Shown here: in pieces, positions 36,697-48,900 of the stretch | How positions within the stretch are numbered: position 1 is the stretch's first letter | How the letters are laid out: every line of letters begins with the position of its first letter | Assembly: GCA_011109175.1 (NCBI GenBank) | Contig: RDEW01000034.1 | Location: 242,140-306,139 of the forward strand | Length of the DNA: 64,000 nt | Origin: Dicyema japonicum | Taxonomy: Eukaryota > Animalia > Dicyemida | Reading direction: 5' to 3' | Program-made: the position numbers and the translations under genes | Notes under the pieces: generated by a model | What the model saw: the letters and a program-made list of their open reading frames with translations, nothing else | Database searches by the model: none | What the model was told of the DNA's origin: nothing

Positions 36697-38270
36697 TTAA
36701 TTTATGATTGAATTAAAAATTGGTTTGTAAGTTGGTGATGGTCTTTGGATGGTTATCGGTGAGCAACTAGCAAAGATAACGAAGATCACCCCGCAAATAA
36801 ATTGTATGCTAACCAGAAGCACGAATGTGTATAACCATTGAATTCCAGTCTCTAAAACACTCAAATTCAATTACTATGTCTGTGACTATCATTGAAGTGA
36901 CTAATATAAAAAATGCACTCAATAGTGATCCAAAGCTGTTCACAACTCCCGTAATGTACTCACTGTGATTCCTGTCGATATCTTCAATGTTTGAGAATGT
37001 AATTGAACTACATATTCCAGTACAAAAACAAGCTATTATGATAGAGAATTCCCCCAAAATTGCGTTGGATGTCAATGAAGCGAAAAGTAAGGACAATCCT
37101 GTAGGTATGAGACCTATTTGAAAAAATTGATCTCAACCGATTATGGCGAACAATTTAACAGCAATCAGCTTTTTCAAGATTTTCTTTTTTACGAGTAAAT
37201 CGCAAAAAGGAGTTCCAATGATATCTCCAAAACATATAAAGATGGGAAAGATGACAAACGGAATTTGCTAAAATAACGACATAATCAACATTTTTGACTG
37301 TTTTATGGTAAAGACCATCAATCAAGAATGGAATATATGTACATATTCACCACCAAACTTAAACTTCCGCAAATTTGAACACCAGCCACTGCTAAAATTG
37401 ACACTGAAGTAAAAATTTTCTTGATTGGTATATCCAGTAACTAAAGGTAACTTAGATTGATCATACATTGTAAACTTTTAATTCTTTTACTTATCTACTC
37501 AAGCTTTCCTTCTCATTGATTAAGATCCATGTGTTATCTATGGGAAAATCCGTTATAAATATCATTAGTAAGAGACAGCAGATCACCTCAAGGGCACCTA
37601 AGATGACGATAAAAATGACAAAAATGCTAAAATGTTAAATGGCAGTTCCCATGGTCCATTTTTATATGAATTGCTTGCCACTGCTATGTAACTAAGAAAT
37701 ATTTCCAAAGTATGAGCTAACCATAATGATTCGACACCTGACGATGCCAATTTTATTATTTTGTTTTTTTCTCTGGTGGAGTCCAATTTTGAATAAACAA
37801 ACATAGAGAAGGCAGAATTCCACCCTATTTGTTTTTTAGACAGCATTGAACCTGAATAACTCCCATAATAAATCTAGCGAATCCAACTGCATAGGTGGAC
37901 CTTTTCAAAGCTGATGGAAGTATGACAAAAATTAACGTAGATTGTATAGTCATTATTAGAATCATGAATTTTGGTCCGTATGTGTAAGACAGGAAGGGAC
38001 CGATCAGTTGAGAGAGGCTGTATCCTATGTAGAAAGTCATTAGAACACCTCCCCTCTCCAAATTTGAAAAAATAATATCTTTCTATTCCAAATGACCTGA
38101 TTTAATACATTGTGAGGATTTTTTGAATCAACAGTCAAAATAACGGCCAAGGTTATGCTGAAGCAGTGTCTTTGAGCCTCCATTATTAAAATACACATGA
38201 ATCCAGTGAGTGCCGTGAATAAATTTCCTTTGGAAATTTCTTACTGGTTAATATTCTGCCTTACCAAAAT
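36697..38270 (-). CDS. SLC17: SLC17/anion:cation symporter family MFS transporter (sialin/VGLUT/NPT-like), micro-intron rich
   Basis: Spliced peptides ERGGVLMTFYIGYSLSQLIGP, FARFIMGVIQGGILPSLCLFIQNWTPPE, WELPFNILGALEVICCLLLMIFITDFP, IPIKKIFTSVSILAVAGVQ, SNIEDIDRNHSEYITGVVNSFG and FICGVIFVIFAS follow the SLC17 TM pattern. Introns at 38083-38108, 37825-37851, 37717-37737 and 37598-37626. Frameshift in the 7-nt run at 37764-37770. The 5' end and middle exons are only partly resolved. Confidence 0.75.
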
Positions 38271-38499
38271 GTAGCATTTATGAACGCAGTAATATGCGTT
38301 TATATAGGCCAGAAAATAATAACGAACTTCGTTTCCTACAGAAGAGAATTATTTTATGAGCGACTTCAGATAGTCTTTAAGAAAAAACGAGAGAGATCAT
38401 TTTGAGCAAAAGGACTGTGTTCGTCCGCAGGACTTGATGAGACCTTACTACTAGTTATCGCCGCAGGATCCCTTAATTAAACTGAAAAAATTTTTCAGC

Positions 38500-40030
38500 T
38501 AACTAAGTAATGACAAAAAATGCTGTGTCGAGTGTTCCTGTTCACATTGGACACGTCGTGAGCGCATATCTAACGAGTTTTAAAGGTATCTAAGAAGGAT
38601 TTCGTAGAGGAGGTTCATGGTGGGTTGGATGTTAACAAAATTGCTTCAAGATGCATAGACTTTAAATTAGTTCAATCACTCAGTTTGCTGCTTCTTTCAT
38701 TATGGTTAACTTGTGCGAGGGAGAAAGAGAGATTTCCAGTAACCATGATGATTGTGTTGCTTAGGAGGATTCTTGGTGTTATTCTATAGTGCTTTTTGAA
38801 TTAGAAAAGATTAAAAAGGGTTACAAAGGAGTCAACATTGAGTCCTGCAGTTCTTGTATATCAGAGTGATGTTCGATATGCTTTATCCCTGGTAATATGG
38901 ATGATAACATCGGCGTATAAGACAGAAGGAAGTGTTTGTCGAGAGGTTATAGCATGTAATCTACACACAGGTTGAGGTTTGTCGGTAAAGTCAGAACCTT
39001 TGGGAACTCCGTTCGAAAGAAGCAGGCATTCGATCTCAAGAGAACTTGTATAAATTCTCAATACACTTTTTATTCACTTCAAGATATGTCCAAACCACGT
39101 GCAACAACAATTTATTAACTTTAGAGTTAAGAGTATTCTGGAGAGTATTACATTGAGTGCTACCTTTAAGGCTTGGACTCTCTCCCGGACCCTTCCTCCT
39201 ATTTTAATTTTCCCAAAACGTTTCTTCCAGTTTTATTTATGTGTACTGGATCTTTGATATCCTCCTGAAAGCGTTAATTTGATTCTCCACAATCCTGCTG
39301 ATTATTGCTAGCAGCTTGTTTTTGTCCTCGCTTGACAGTCTATCTCAGTTTCTTGTTTAAGGAGAGCTTAAATGCACCTCTCGTTGTTTTCTCCAGGAAA
39401 GATAAGATCTTCTCCTTCTTTGGAGAAAAGAACCATCCTTCGCACCACAAAATAGGCTAGGGAGAATAATTCTTTTAAGATGAACAGGTAGCTAACGTGC
39501 AACTTTTGTATCCATAGGAGTGACTGAAACGCTATTGTTTTCATCCCCCTTATGTCCTCCATGCAATCTTCCACGTGTCCATAGTCAACGCCCAAATGAC
39601 TCAGACTGCGTGTATTGTTAACTCCCAGTTTGTATTCAGGTTTCAGTGTTTTTCCTATTGCTTATTTAGAGTGCGCATGGTAATTTTACGGGGGTAAATC
39701 TAATCCAGGAACTAGAGGTAATCAATGCAAGGCTCCTTAGCGGAAATTTAGGAAAGATAGAAAAAACGTCAGACAGTTAGGTAAATCCCAGTTCCCGCAA
39801 TCAAACGAGCCATCCAACGTCTGTGGTCTCCCATTGTTCCCACTACCGTGCGAGAGAGCCAACCAATCGAATTTCTTTTGCCTTGGAAAAGAAATGGCTA
39901 AGCGGGTTTCCGTCCTTTTTACAGACCTGAAGGAATCCGGTGTTTGCGATTCCCTTGATCTTCCCATAATAATTTAATCCGTTAAAAGACATAAAAGTTA
40001 ATTCAACTAATATGAAATAAAGTCCATTCA
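38500..40030 (-). mobile_element. Jockey/I-like LINE, degraded (APE N-terminus to RT)
   Basis: LTFMSFNGL (APE start), LSNGVPKGS, SVLYADV. Confidence 0.7.
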
Positions 40031-40319
40031 TGACCTCTCAATGACTTCGATTTTAATTTGGATAATTCACACTATTATTTTATTTAGGTCTCAGATTTAA
40101 ACAGAATGTCTTTTTAAACACGTGTTCATTATTATCTGTAAAATCACTATTTTGAGTCTCATGTTTGTCCCCAAATTGTACGCAGCCTATTTTGTTGAGG
40201 AAACTAAACACAATGCTGTGTAGTTTTATCTTAAATAGAAAATTATTTTTTGTTTTTTGAGAGTTTTGTCTTAAAATTATGTTTATTCCTTGTGGACAAA
40301 TACTATCATGATTAAGTGG

Positions 40320-40700
40320 TGCCATGTGGTTATTTTATTAAGGTTTCCCTTCATTCCTTCTACTGGTGTCATCTGATCCACCTAACTTAGGAGACGTCCA
40401 ATATCTGGACCTCATTCAAGAGGATCCACTTCTTCATTCCAATAAGAGACTATTTTTCTCCTTGGTGACGAGTTCTGACCTCGACCTTAGCTTCTCGGAT
40501 GATGTCCTCTGGATTACTGTGCATATGGTCTACTAGAACTCATATGGATCACGGGATTAGTTAGTTTGGTTTTACTCTTGGTTTATGGAATAATTTCATT
40601 TGTTCGCAAGCATGATTTACTTCAGTTTAGTCAAGTGTAGATTGTGTTAATCTTTCAGCTTCTTAGCGATAATCACAGGTATTTGAAAGCACACCTGTTT
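40320..40700 (-). mobile_element. Same family, copy 2
   Basis: gatccacc..aggaga..ccaat..ggatcca..gacgagttctga..ttagttagtttggtttta shared with the 36.3-kb copy. Confidence 0.6.
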
Positions 40701-41019
40701 GGATTTCCATTTAGAATGGCTTTCATCTTATATTAGCTGATTTAGAAATTCTGGACATACAAGAAAAACGCGATAATTTAGAATTTTAAATAGCACTTAT
40801 TTTAGTTAAAATAAAGTTGATTGATGGCTGCTGTATTTGTGGATCATCGTATGCGTCAGAATGTCTAGGCGGGGATGCCTCAAAAATTCAGTTATTCCTA
40901 CTCTAACTAAACTTATTGATGTTCCTGATAGAGGGCTACGTCAATATTGGAAAGTACACACTCTAAACTCTCTTTGTTCCCGACATTTGACTGTAGGGTT
41001 CTATGTACAGGGTTCTCCT

Positions 41020-41165
41020 GTCAATAACGACACGTCGTCAATCACTAACGACAATAGTCATTCAATAACGACAATATTCAATCATTAATGACACGTCGTC
41101 AATCAACAACGACACTTGGACAATCAATAACGACAATATCAATCAACAACGACATAATTGCGACA
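41020..41165. repeat. Degenerate ~20-21-bp minisatellite, ~7 units (caatcaa(t/c)aacgaca...)
   Basis: Units such as caataacgacacgtcgt, caatcactaacgacaatagt, cattcaataacgacaatatt, caatcattaatgacacgtcgt, caatcaacaacgacacttgga. Confidence 0.85.
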
Positions 41166-41329
41166 AATATCTTAAACGATTAAGTCAACCATAAACTTGT
41201 TTATATTACTCACTCAAAAAGCTTTGAATTTGAAATAATAAAGTTCCATTTAACGTCACACCCAAACTCAATGAGTCGATACTTTTATTACTCCTCCCAT
41301 AATTGAATAGATTTTTACAAGTTATAACG

Positions 41330-41700
41330 CAACAATACAATAATCCAGCTGATAGGATGGAATGGCTGTTTTCCCTACAACTGCCAAAGAAATTCCTTTG
41401 GAACAAGCATACCCGACGCACATTAATAACTTTCGAAATTATTGACCCAAGCGATCTTATAAAGAGACCGTGTTGGGTCCAAGGATTCCGCTCGTCTTAA
41501 CAACTGTAGAGAGGCTGTCGTATTTTTTATCTTGAAGTGCTCGATAGTCCAAACAGCCTCCACAGCTTTCAACGCGGAATCAGTAAGTCTCGACTGGGAA
41601 AAGATGTTGATACAGGCTCCATCCCAAATCAAGTATTTACCAAGTTTTTGTCATTTTTGGGGTTGTATTGGTCGGCGAGGTTGTACAGAGAAACAAATTG
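41330..41700 (-). mobile_element. CRE RLE 3' end
   Basis: IWDGACINIFSQS..RENSHSIL. Confidence 0.75.
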
Positions 41701-43039
41701 TACTATTTTCCTTACGGATTACTAATGATTAACTTATCTTCCAATGTCATGTTTATCCAATCCTTGCATTTATGGGAACCTTTCCAATGGAGGATGCGAA
41801 TTATAAATATTAGGGAATAAACCAGGTTCACCTTGAAAAAAAGTGAACTGAGATTTTGTTACAGCAAAGATTACATATTGGGGGATAGCCAGTCATACAC
41901 CAGGTGAAGAACTAATTCTCCACAATGATCTATAAAAATCGATCATCGCCCCAATCTTCAAAGCCAGCAAGATCCTTACTACCCTTCATCAGATGATCCA
42001 CTTTACAGTTTGTTGTGGAGATTCCATGTGTCCTGTGCCACAAAAACCCTCACTCTCGTCGCAGACTAGCACTGTCAATCAATTATCACGTCCAACTAAA
42101 TAAATCGAGCACAATATCATTCAACTGGGAACCTCACAAAAAGACATCACATTGATGTCTATTGCATGAGTCCATATTTCGGAGTGGAATCCTAACACCA
42201 AAGATCCTTGACTATTTGGTAATCCGACGTGAAAGACGGAAAACTTGGGAGAGTTTTACTATCTATAATATGTCACTCGGTTCCTTACGAGATCATCCAC
42301 TGTGTCTATAGTCCCTACAAAATAATGATTGCATCGAACTGATGACTACAACCCTACAAACTTCGTCCATTCGTTTTTCCTCAATTTCATTACTAACAAA
42401 ACTCAAGAACCTAATCATTTGTGGATACTTTAATGTGAGGCATTTCTTTGTTCCATATGGAAAGCTCATGAAAAGATTTGGAAATTGAGGATCTGTAAGA
42501 TTTTTTGCATCCTCAAAAACTCGACCCTTCACACAAGAACCATCTACTCAAAATGATGGTAAACCATGATCCTCTGACCTCTCTTCAATATAAAAGTGAT
42601 AAATTGGAGCATTAACAATAAGCATTTGGTAGCAGTAATCTGATCCTTTACATTGATATTCTGTCAAATGCGACATTCTGGGCATTCACAGCTTGTTCTT
42701 TTTGAACTTGAATACACGATCATGTATACAAGAAAATTTGCCAACCATAATCAACTATGACCTCGGCAATTGATGAGGCATCAGTCAATACGTGGTTGCA
42801 TGGATGTTCTATTGATCAAATAGGCAAATGTTCAAACAATCATATGAAGCAAGAACACTATTCAAATGGACAGAATTTCTCCATTTTCCGAACACTAAGG
42901 CACAAAAACATTGATTAAAAAACGAAATAGTCCCAAGAGGAAGACCTCACCGCTAATGCTGACACCTAAGGAGACTGCTGAAAATGGGAGATGGTGCTTA
43001 TTTATTTTATTTATTTAACACCCAAACCACGGTAAAACC

Positions 43040-43520
43040 AAACTAACTATCACGTGATCTCGATTTCCACCAAAATCTTCATCCTTTCCCGGTGTTCCTC
43101 CTTCGTACCCACACAAGCTCGTACTGTGTGGCTGACAGCATTTGCAGGGCCACCTTCCCGAGTTAGTTTTATGAAGGCCTCCAGAGTAGTCGGTCCGGTT
43201 TTGTGTTTCCCACAAGTCTGCCGCTCTGTGACTCTGAAAGCTTTCTTTTGTACGTCCTCGATTTTCTTAGTATTCGTCCATGACAATGAAGGTCCCCAAG
43301 AATCACACAGTCGAGAAGCATGCATGGTTGTTTGTAGATATTTATCAAGACCGGGTGGCTACCGGTCTTCCATATTCCAGATAAACATTTCAATACATTG
43401 ATTTTCTTTTCGCACTTCAGAACAATGTTTGCCACGTGTGGTGACAAACATAAATGCCTATCCAGTGTCACGCCCAGGATCTTCAGACATTTGCTGAAGG
43501 GGATTTCAACGTTGTCCAAT
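43040..43520 (-). mobile_element. Jockey/I-like RT C-terminal fragment
   Basis: KILGVTLDRHL..HV..CEKKINVLKCL..IYKQ..IEDVQKKAFR. Confidence 0.8.
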
Positions 43521-44469
43521 TTAGAATATGACAGCTACTTTCCTGCAGCAAAATCATATATTGTATTTTTTAATTAGAAAGTAAATATTTAATTATTAAT
43601 TTTCTACGATTAATTTATTTATTTTATTATGGGTGTTAAATAAATAAAAATAACTTAACCCAAAAACACCAATAGTTAATATCTTGAAATTAATTAGGTC
43701 ATCGCGACAATCCTGATGAGCATTCTAAGCTTCTCTCGATGTTGGACTTTTGACCCAACACTATAAATTTCTTACGATTAATGTAATTTTTTATTTAATA
43801 TTTTTTGAATTTTCTATCTACAAATTCTGATCTTGTTGACTATTATTCATGAGAATCGAATTAATCTCTTCAATTTGCCTCAAAATATAGAGAAATCTAA
43901 TTTTTATAAGAAAAGCGGGTTTTCCTGATATAAGATACTGAAAAAAGGACACGTTGTTTATCAGACACGTCTGTGCAAATAAATAGATTACCTTTTAAAA
44001 TCGAAAATCAGCATTGTTTAATTAAAGTTATACCTTCTAAGATCAACTAAGGTACTGATGTTTTTCATCACAGTCAATCTTCATAAATTACTGAATTTTC
44101 AAATAATCCAATGAGTGATCAAGCCCATCAAACTTTTGGAAAAATTTGTTATCAAACGATTAATACATATTTTTTATCTATTAACTTAGTAATACGTTTC
44201 TAACCAATTCTCCACGGGGGACAAAAGTCACCGATAATCAGAGACGTAGCGATCTTAATAAGTGCAGATCATATGCGGATTTCAGCTCCTTTTCACTTTT
44301 TGAATATATCATTCGTAGAAAGTCAGTAATAAATATTTTGGGATTTCTCTAATTTAATTATACACAACATCAATTGAAGAAATTATTTTTAAATTTAAAA
44401 ATATAAATTAAAATAAATTATTAATAATCATTAAAATTTTATTCGTAGGCTACTCTTCTGAAGGTCGTA

Positions 44470-45080
44470 GAAGGGTAGGGAATGTCGAATAGTTCTCTTC
44501 CATGCAGAACTTGCACTGAACGTCATCAAGTAATCGTGTCGACAATTGAATATGCCTGCTCTGCTTGGAGATTTGCTCTTCCCTCTTCGAGGGTCGAGTG
44601 CATTAACTAACTCAGGCGAAGATCATGCGGTATATACCATATCGTTCTGAGTCTACTTTCAGAGTTGGTGACGTTGAGAAATTGTCAAGCTTCTTACGTA
44701 TCTGCAAAAAACTATGAAGGTCATTCATAGAAAGGGGTCATCGGAGGAATTCAATAGGCAATAAAAAATACACTTCAATAGAATACAAATATTGAGGACG
44801 CTAAAAACCTGAAGTATTACGCCTCTATAATTCACAAGGACTTTTTGCAGACTCAGAACTTTTTACTCATACCGAGGTTACACAAGCAGTAAGATCCATG
44901 AAGAAGTCATATACATGTAATCCAGATGGTATTCCTGAAAGTCTGCTATTGCATCTTGAAGAGATTGCAATCAGATCGATTACTTTAATTTTTAATTTGT
45001 CTTAACTCTTCACGAAGGCTACCCGTAGTAAATGGAAGAACTCAGATATCAGACCGTCTTAAAACCAGGAAAACCGAAAG
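44470..45080 (+). mobile_element. Jockey/I-like RT fragments
   Basis: IEYACSAW and PDGI..LLHL..IFNLS..WK.S.I.P.LKPGKP motifs. Confidence 0.65.
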
Positions 45081-45479
45081 TCTTATCTTCATCTTACCCT
45101 AGTTATCCCTTCCGTGTCCACTTTCGCGCCTCGTGAAAAAAAACTCGTGCTTTGGAAATTAAACCTCATTTGCCGTTTTGTCACTACCAACACAGATTCA
45201 GATCGGAACGTTCTACAATCCAGAGCAAATGTTGAAAGCCACACAAAATATTTCAATAAATTTACAAATAAAACATTTGATTTTATTTCATTAACACTGT
45301 AGTTGTTAAAAAACGAAAATAATATTAAAAAAAAACATTTCATTTTTAAATCAAAATTGCTAATGTTACCAAATTAAAAAAATTGAAATTTCAATCGAGC
45401 ATATGTAAAAAGCCACTTTTTATTTCCATATATATAATTGCTTCAATTTTCTTTATTTTATTTTTTTACTGATTCAAAT

Positions 45480-45900
45480 AACATGAATGCCACGTTTTTC
45501 ACTTTAAAAAGAATCAAAATCATTGCGCTCTATAGTGAAGGATATTCACAACGGATGATTTAAAAAATACATGTTACTCGGAATCCGATCGCTTCTATCA
45601 ATCAGTGATAGAAGCCGCCGATACACATAAATTTGGAAAAAACGACTCCTCTCAAAAGAGAAACGCTTTAACTACTATGGAGGTGCACAAAAAAGCTTCC
45701 GATTTTGTTGAGGTCTACCGGGATCACTTAAATATATTGTCTTCTTTTTTGGTATTCCCTTTTTCGTGGTTAGAGAATTATAATAATGTTAGTAGTCCAT
45801 ACATCAGACGGTTACTCACTTTCTATTGGTCAAGGAGTCCTCGAATTCGAAGAGGAAGTCGAACTGATACTAGAAGTTCTTTATGNTTGACAAACTCGAT
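45480..45900 (+). mobile_element. Tc1-like transposase N-terminal remnant (second copy 59270-59520)
   Basis: IIALYSEGYSQRMI HTH-like start; nucleotide homology with 59270-59520 (aagccgccgatacac.taaatt.ggaaaaaac). Class call tentative. Confidence 0.4.
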
Positions 45901-46676
45901 TGAAATCATGGAAACTAGATGAGGCTCTTTGGACACGTTCTCAAAATAGACATGGATCTCCAAGATAACGTGGTCATAGAAGACTTCTTCGCCTCTGACG
46001 CTTCCCGATTCCGCAGACGACCGAGGACCACCCTCCCTATGGTCCTTGAAGGGAAATTCAAAAAAATTGTGAGACGTTTAAGAGAGGGAGAGGATTAGAT
46101 AGACTATGTGAGCTTGCAAATGACAGTGGCAAGTGAATGACGATTAATGCCGGACGGTTAACTGCCAACGATGTCTGGGCACACAAATGGTTTTGTGACA
46201 AAAATACAAAAGACAAATAAAAATTTTGGAGATAAACCATTCGAGTGCTTTGACATAGTAAACAGAAACAAGCTGATGAAGGTTCTAGAAGAAATACTAG
46301 GATGAAGTTGATAAAGGTTTTCAAAGCTGATTAAGGTTCTTGAAGAAATACTTGTTGTAAGTCTCTCGAGTTGCACATGGCTTGTTATTAACATGCCAGG
46401 CTTGATAACTCAGGGCAAGAATCTTTAATGTATGAAGTTTCTGACTAAGAAAGTTCAATTTTTAAAGTTAAACTTATATCAGCAAAAAAAGAGGAATTTA
46501 AAAGAGATGCGTCAAAAATTAAACACATGACTAGAGCTTCAAGAAACTTGATCAGAATAAAATCAGGTGTACTACTTATTGGGAGTTTCATAGACTCGCC
46601 AGTGTCAGTAAAAGTGCTCCACTTTTTTGTCGCGTTATTATTACTGGCTAACGATGAAAACCTTTTTTTAGCGTGA

Positions 46677-47155
46677 TATTATCATTAAAGCACTTTTAAA
46701 AAAGCCAAAATACCTCTTACCTTGCATGTAGCAAAATAATCAATTCTTAATGTCAATCTCTTCCACACACCTCGATCGTTAATCTAGGTAAAGCGTCGTT
46801 TTCAACTCTAGTTGCTAAGGAAATAATGTGCCTCGTTTCTCGATTTGATAACAATCTCTAGATAGCAGAAGATACAAAAGAATGCATAGCTTCTGCAGCT
46901 CCTCACATTCAACGCNTATTATCATTAAAGCACTTTTAAAAAAGCCAAAATACCTCTTACCTTGCATGTAGCAAAATAATCAATTCTTAATGTCAATCTC
47001 TTCCACACACCTCGATCGTTAATCTAGGTAAACCGTGGTTTTCAACTCTAGTTGCTAAGGAAATAATGTGCCTCGTTTTTCGATTTGATAACAATCTCTA
47101 GATAGCAGAAGATACAAAAGAATGCATAGCTTCTGCAGCTCCTCACATTCAACGC
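46677..47155. repeat. 239-bp tandem duplication joined by a single N (likely assembly overlap)
   Basis: 46677-46915 vs 46917-47155 differ at 3 positions; N at 46916. Confidence 0.9.
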
Positions 47156-47639
47156 TAGGAGTATATCAAAGACCTGTGACGTTTCCATCTCGAAGAGAAT
47201 CATGGAAAAATATCAATTAATTTTAACGCTGTGATTCAAAGCATTATGGATTCGGAATTGCTATCTATTCAAAATTGACTCCTGAAATTCACGGTGTTTC
47301 GCGTGTGAGTGACGGGTTGATGCAATTCAAATACGCCTAAGCCACCACGCCTAGAGCATATAGTTTCTCGTTTGAGATTTTTATCGGACAGAAGATTCCA
47401 GTCAGTTATCGCAGTTGGCTTTTTAGAAAGTATCTAGGCACTCTAAATCGTTTTTTGAGGTTCCCCATGTTCCGGAATGAAATTAAAATAGATATTAAAA
47501 ATACTTTATGTCACAGACCAGAATGCAGAGAGTCGGAATCGCCATTCTCAAAAGCAATTGTCTTGGATCCGTGATTATTTATTTTTTTAATTTTTGAAAT
47601 CCACGTACACGACTTTTTTTATTTTTACTTCGTAACACA

Positions 47640-48420
47640 TTATAGTTCCCTTAGTGCGGCTTCGAGATAGACACAGACAGTAAGGGAAAGAGAATTTCCC
47701 TGAGGAGCACCGGTTGTAGTTTTGAAAGGCCTGGATATAGTTCTTCCAATCCTGATTAACAGATCAGTGCTAGACTGTAGTACTCGGATTATCCTTTGCA
47801 TCGATTGGTCCACAAATTGTTGTAGGACATCCATTAATTAAATATAAACATTCTATTAAATAATGTCGAAGAGATGTATAGGTCCATAATTCAGCAGTTC
47901 CGGGGAGATACTATCCGGTCTAGCACTCTTAGCCTGCTGCAAGCTTAGATGTGATAATTGTTTCCAGCATCTGCGGTTCTCAGACGAAGGGGACAGATGT
48001 GATAATTATTTCCAGTATCCTCGCATTGAGCAGTCTTTCAAAATGAGAAGCAATCAATTCGATCTGTCGTCTGGTTAAGTCCTTAATAATTGACAGTAGA
48101 AGTCATCCAGTTCACCAGGTTTTTTTCAAAAATCTACCACCATATGGAGCATCCACGTTAATGATTGTCATGTAGCTTTAGGATGGGCACATGTCATTCA
48201 TCCTGGTTTGCAGGACTCTGATCCTGTCATTGACGATCCAAAATTGATGTATTCGATGAACAAGGTGGTCATGGACCGCAAAACCTTGTCCGTGATGTTT
48301 CGATTCACGGGAAGAGAATTAGTTTATGGGTTCCATAGTGTTCACAGCATCCATCAGAGATCTTCGTTTCTTGAAAGTATTCGATAGAGATGCGGTACTT
48401 CTTTAAATCATCTCACAATG
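47640..48420 (-). mobile_element. RTE LINE remnant (APE N-terminus plus RT)
   Basis: DLKKYRISI..QETK (same family as 2490-3230) and KTTTGAPQGNSLS...VYLEAALREL. Confidence 0.75.
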
Positions 48421-48559
48421 CTTTCCTCATCCATGTCTTCGAGATCCCTCTGACGTTAAAAGAGAGTAGATTAAGGCCACCCAACTGAGTCTTGTGTTTT
48501 TAGGCTGAATTTTTAAAGCCACGTCACCAGTTCTGTCATGCTGATCATTGGCTCCCCAA

Positions 48560-48900
48560 AACGAGTTCATGGTGGAGTAGGAATGTCGAACGGTTCTTTT
48601 CCATGCAGAACCAGAACTGAACGCCACCATAACAGGTGAATCGCATGATGTCACGCTAAAAAGACACGTTTGCATCCTACACTACTACAACCCCCACTTT
48701 TTGGAAGAGTCCACGAGGAACCATGGTCATGGATTCCTGTGTTTCTGCAAAGAGCTAGGAAGCCCATTAAGGGATGATATCAATTAAGCAGAAGAACGTA
48801 GATTAGGAGATAGCTTCTCTTTCGTCCCAATCGCTTCCGAAATAGAAGGAATTAATAAGGAAGTCATCAATAAAATGTGGAATGCAATCACGTCTCAACC
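48560..48900 (+). mobile_element. CRE RLE fragment
   Basis: AEE..LGDSFSFVPIASE..G. Confidence 0.5.

Noticed and set aside
40628-40645. tcaagtgtag match to U2 snRNA (Utopia target)
   Set aside because: Only 10 bp, on the wrong strand relative to the element, with no further U2 sequence.
41020-41165. CRISPR-like array
   Set aside because: Units abut with no unique spacers, there are no cas genes, and the context is eukaryotic.
44150-45300. MULE transposase-like words (FLRMIYSKSEKEL; NVESH)
   Set aside because: Too short and degenerate to support a call without a profile search.
46677-47155. Perfect-looking 240-bp tandem duplication
   Set aside because: A single N sits exactly at the junction and the copies differ by 3 SNPs, typical of an unmerged contig or haplotype overlap rather than a biological repeat.
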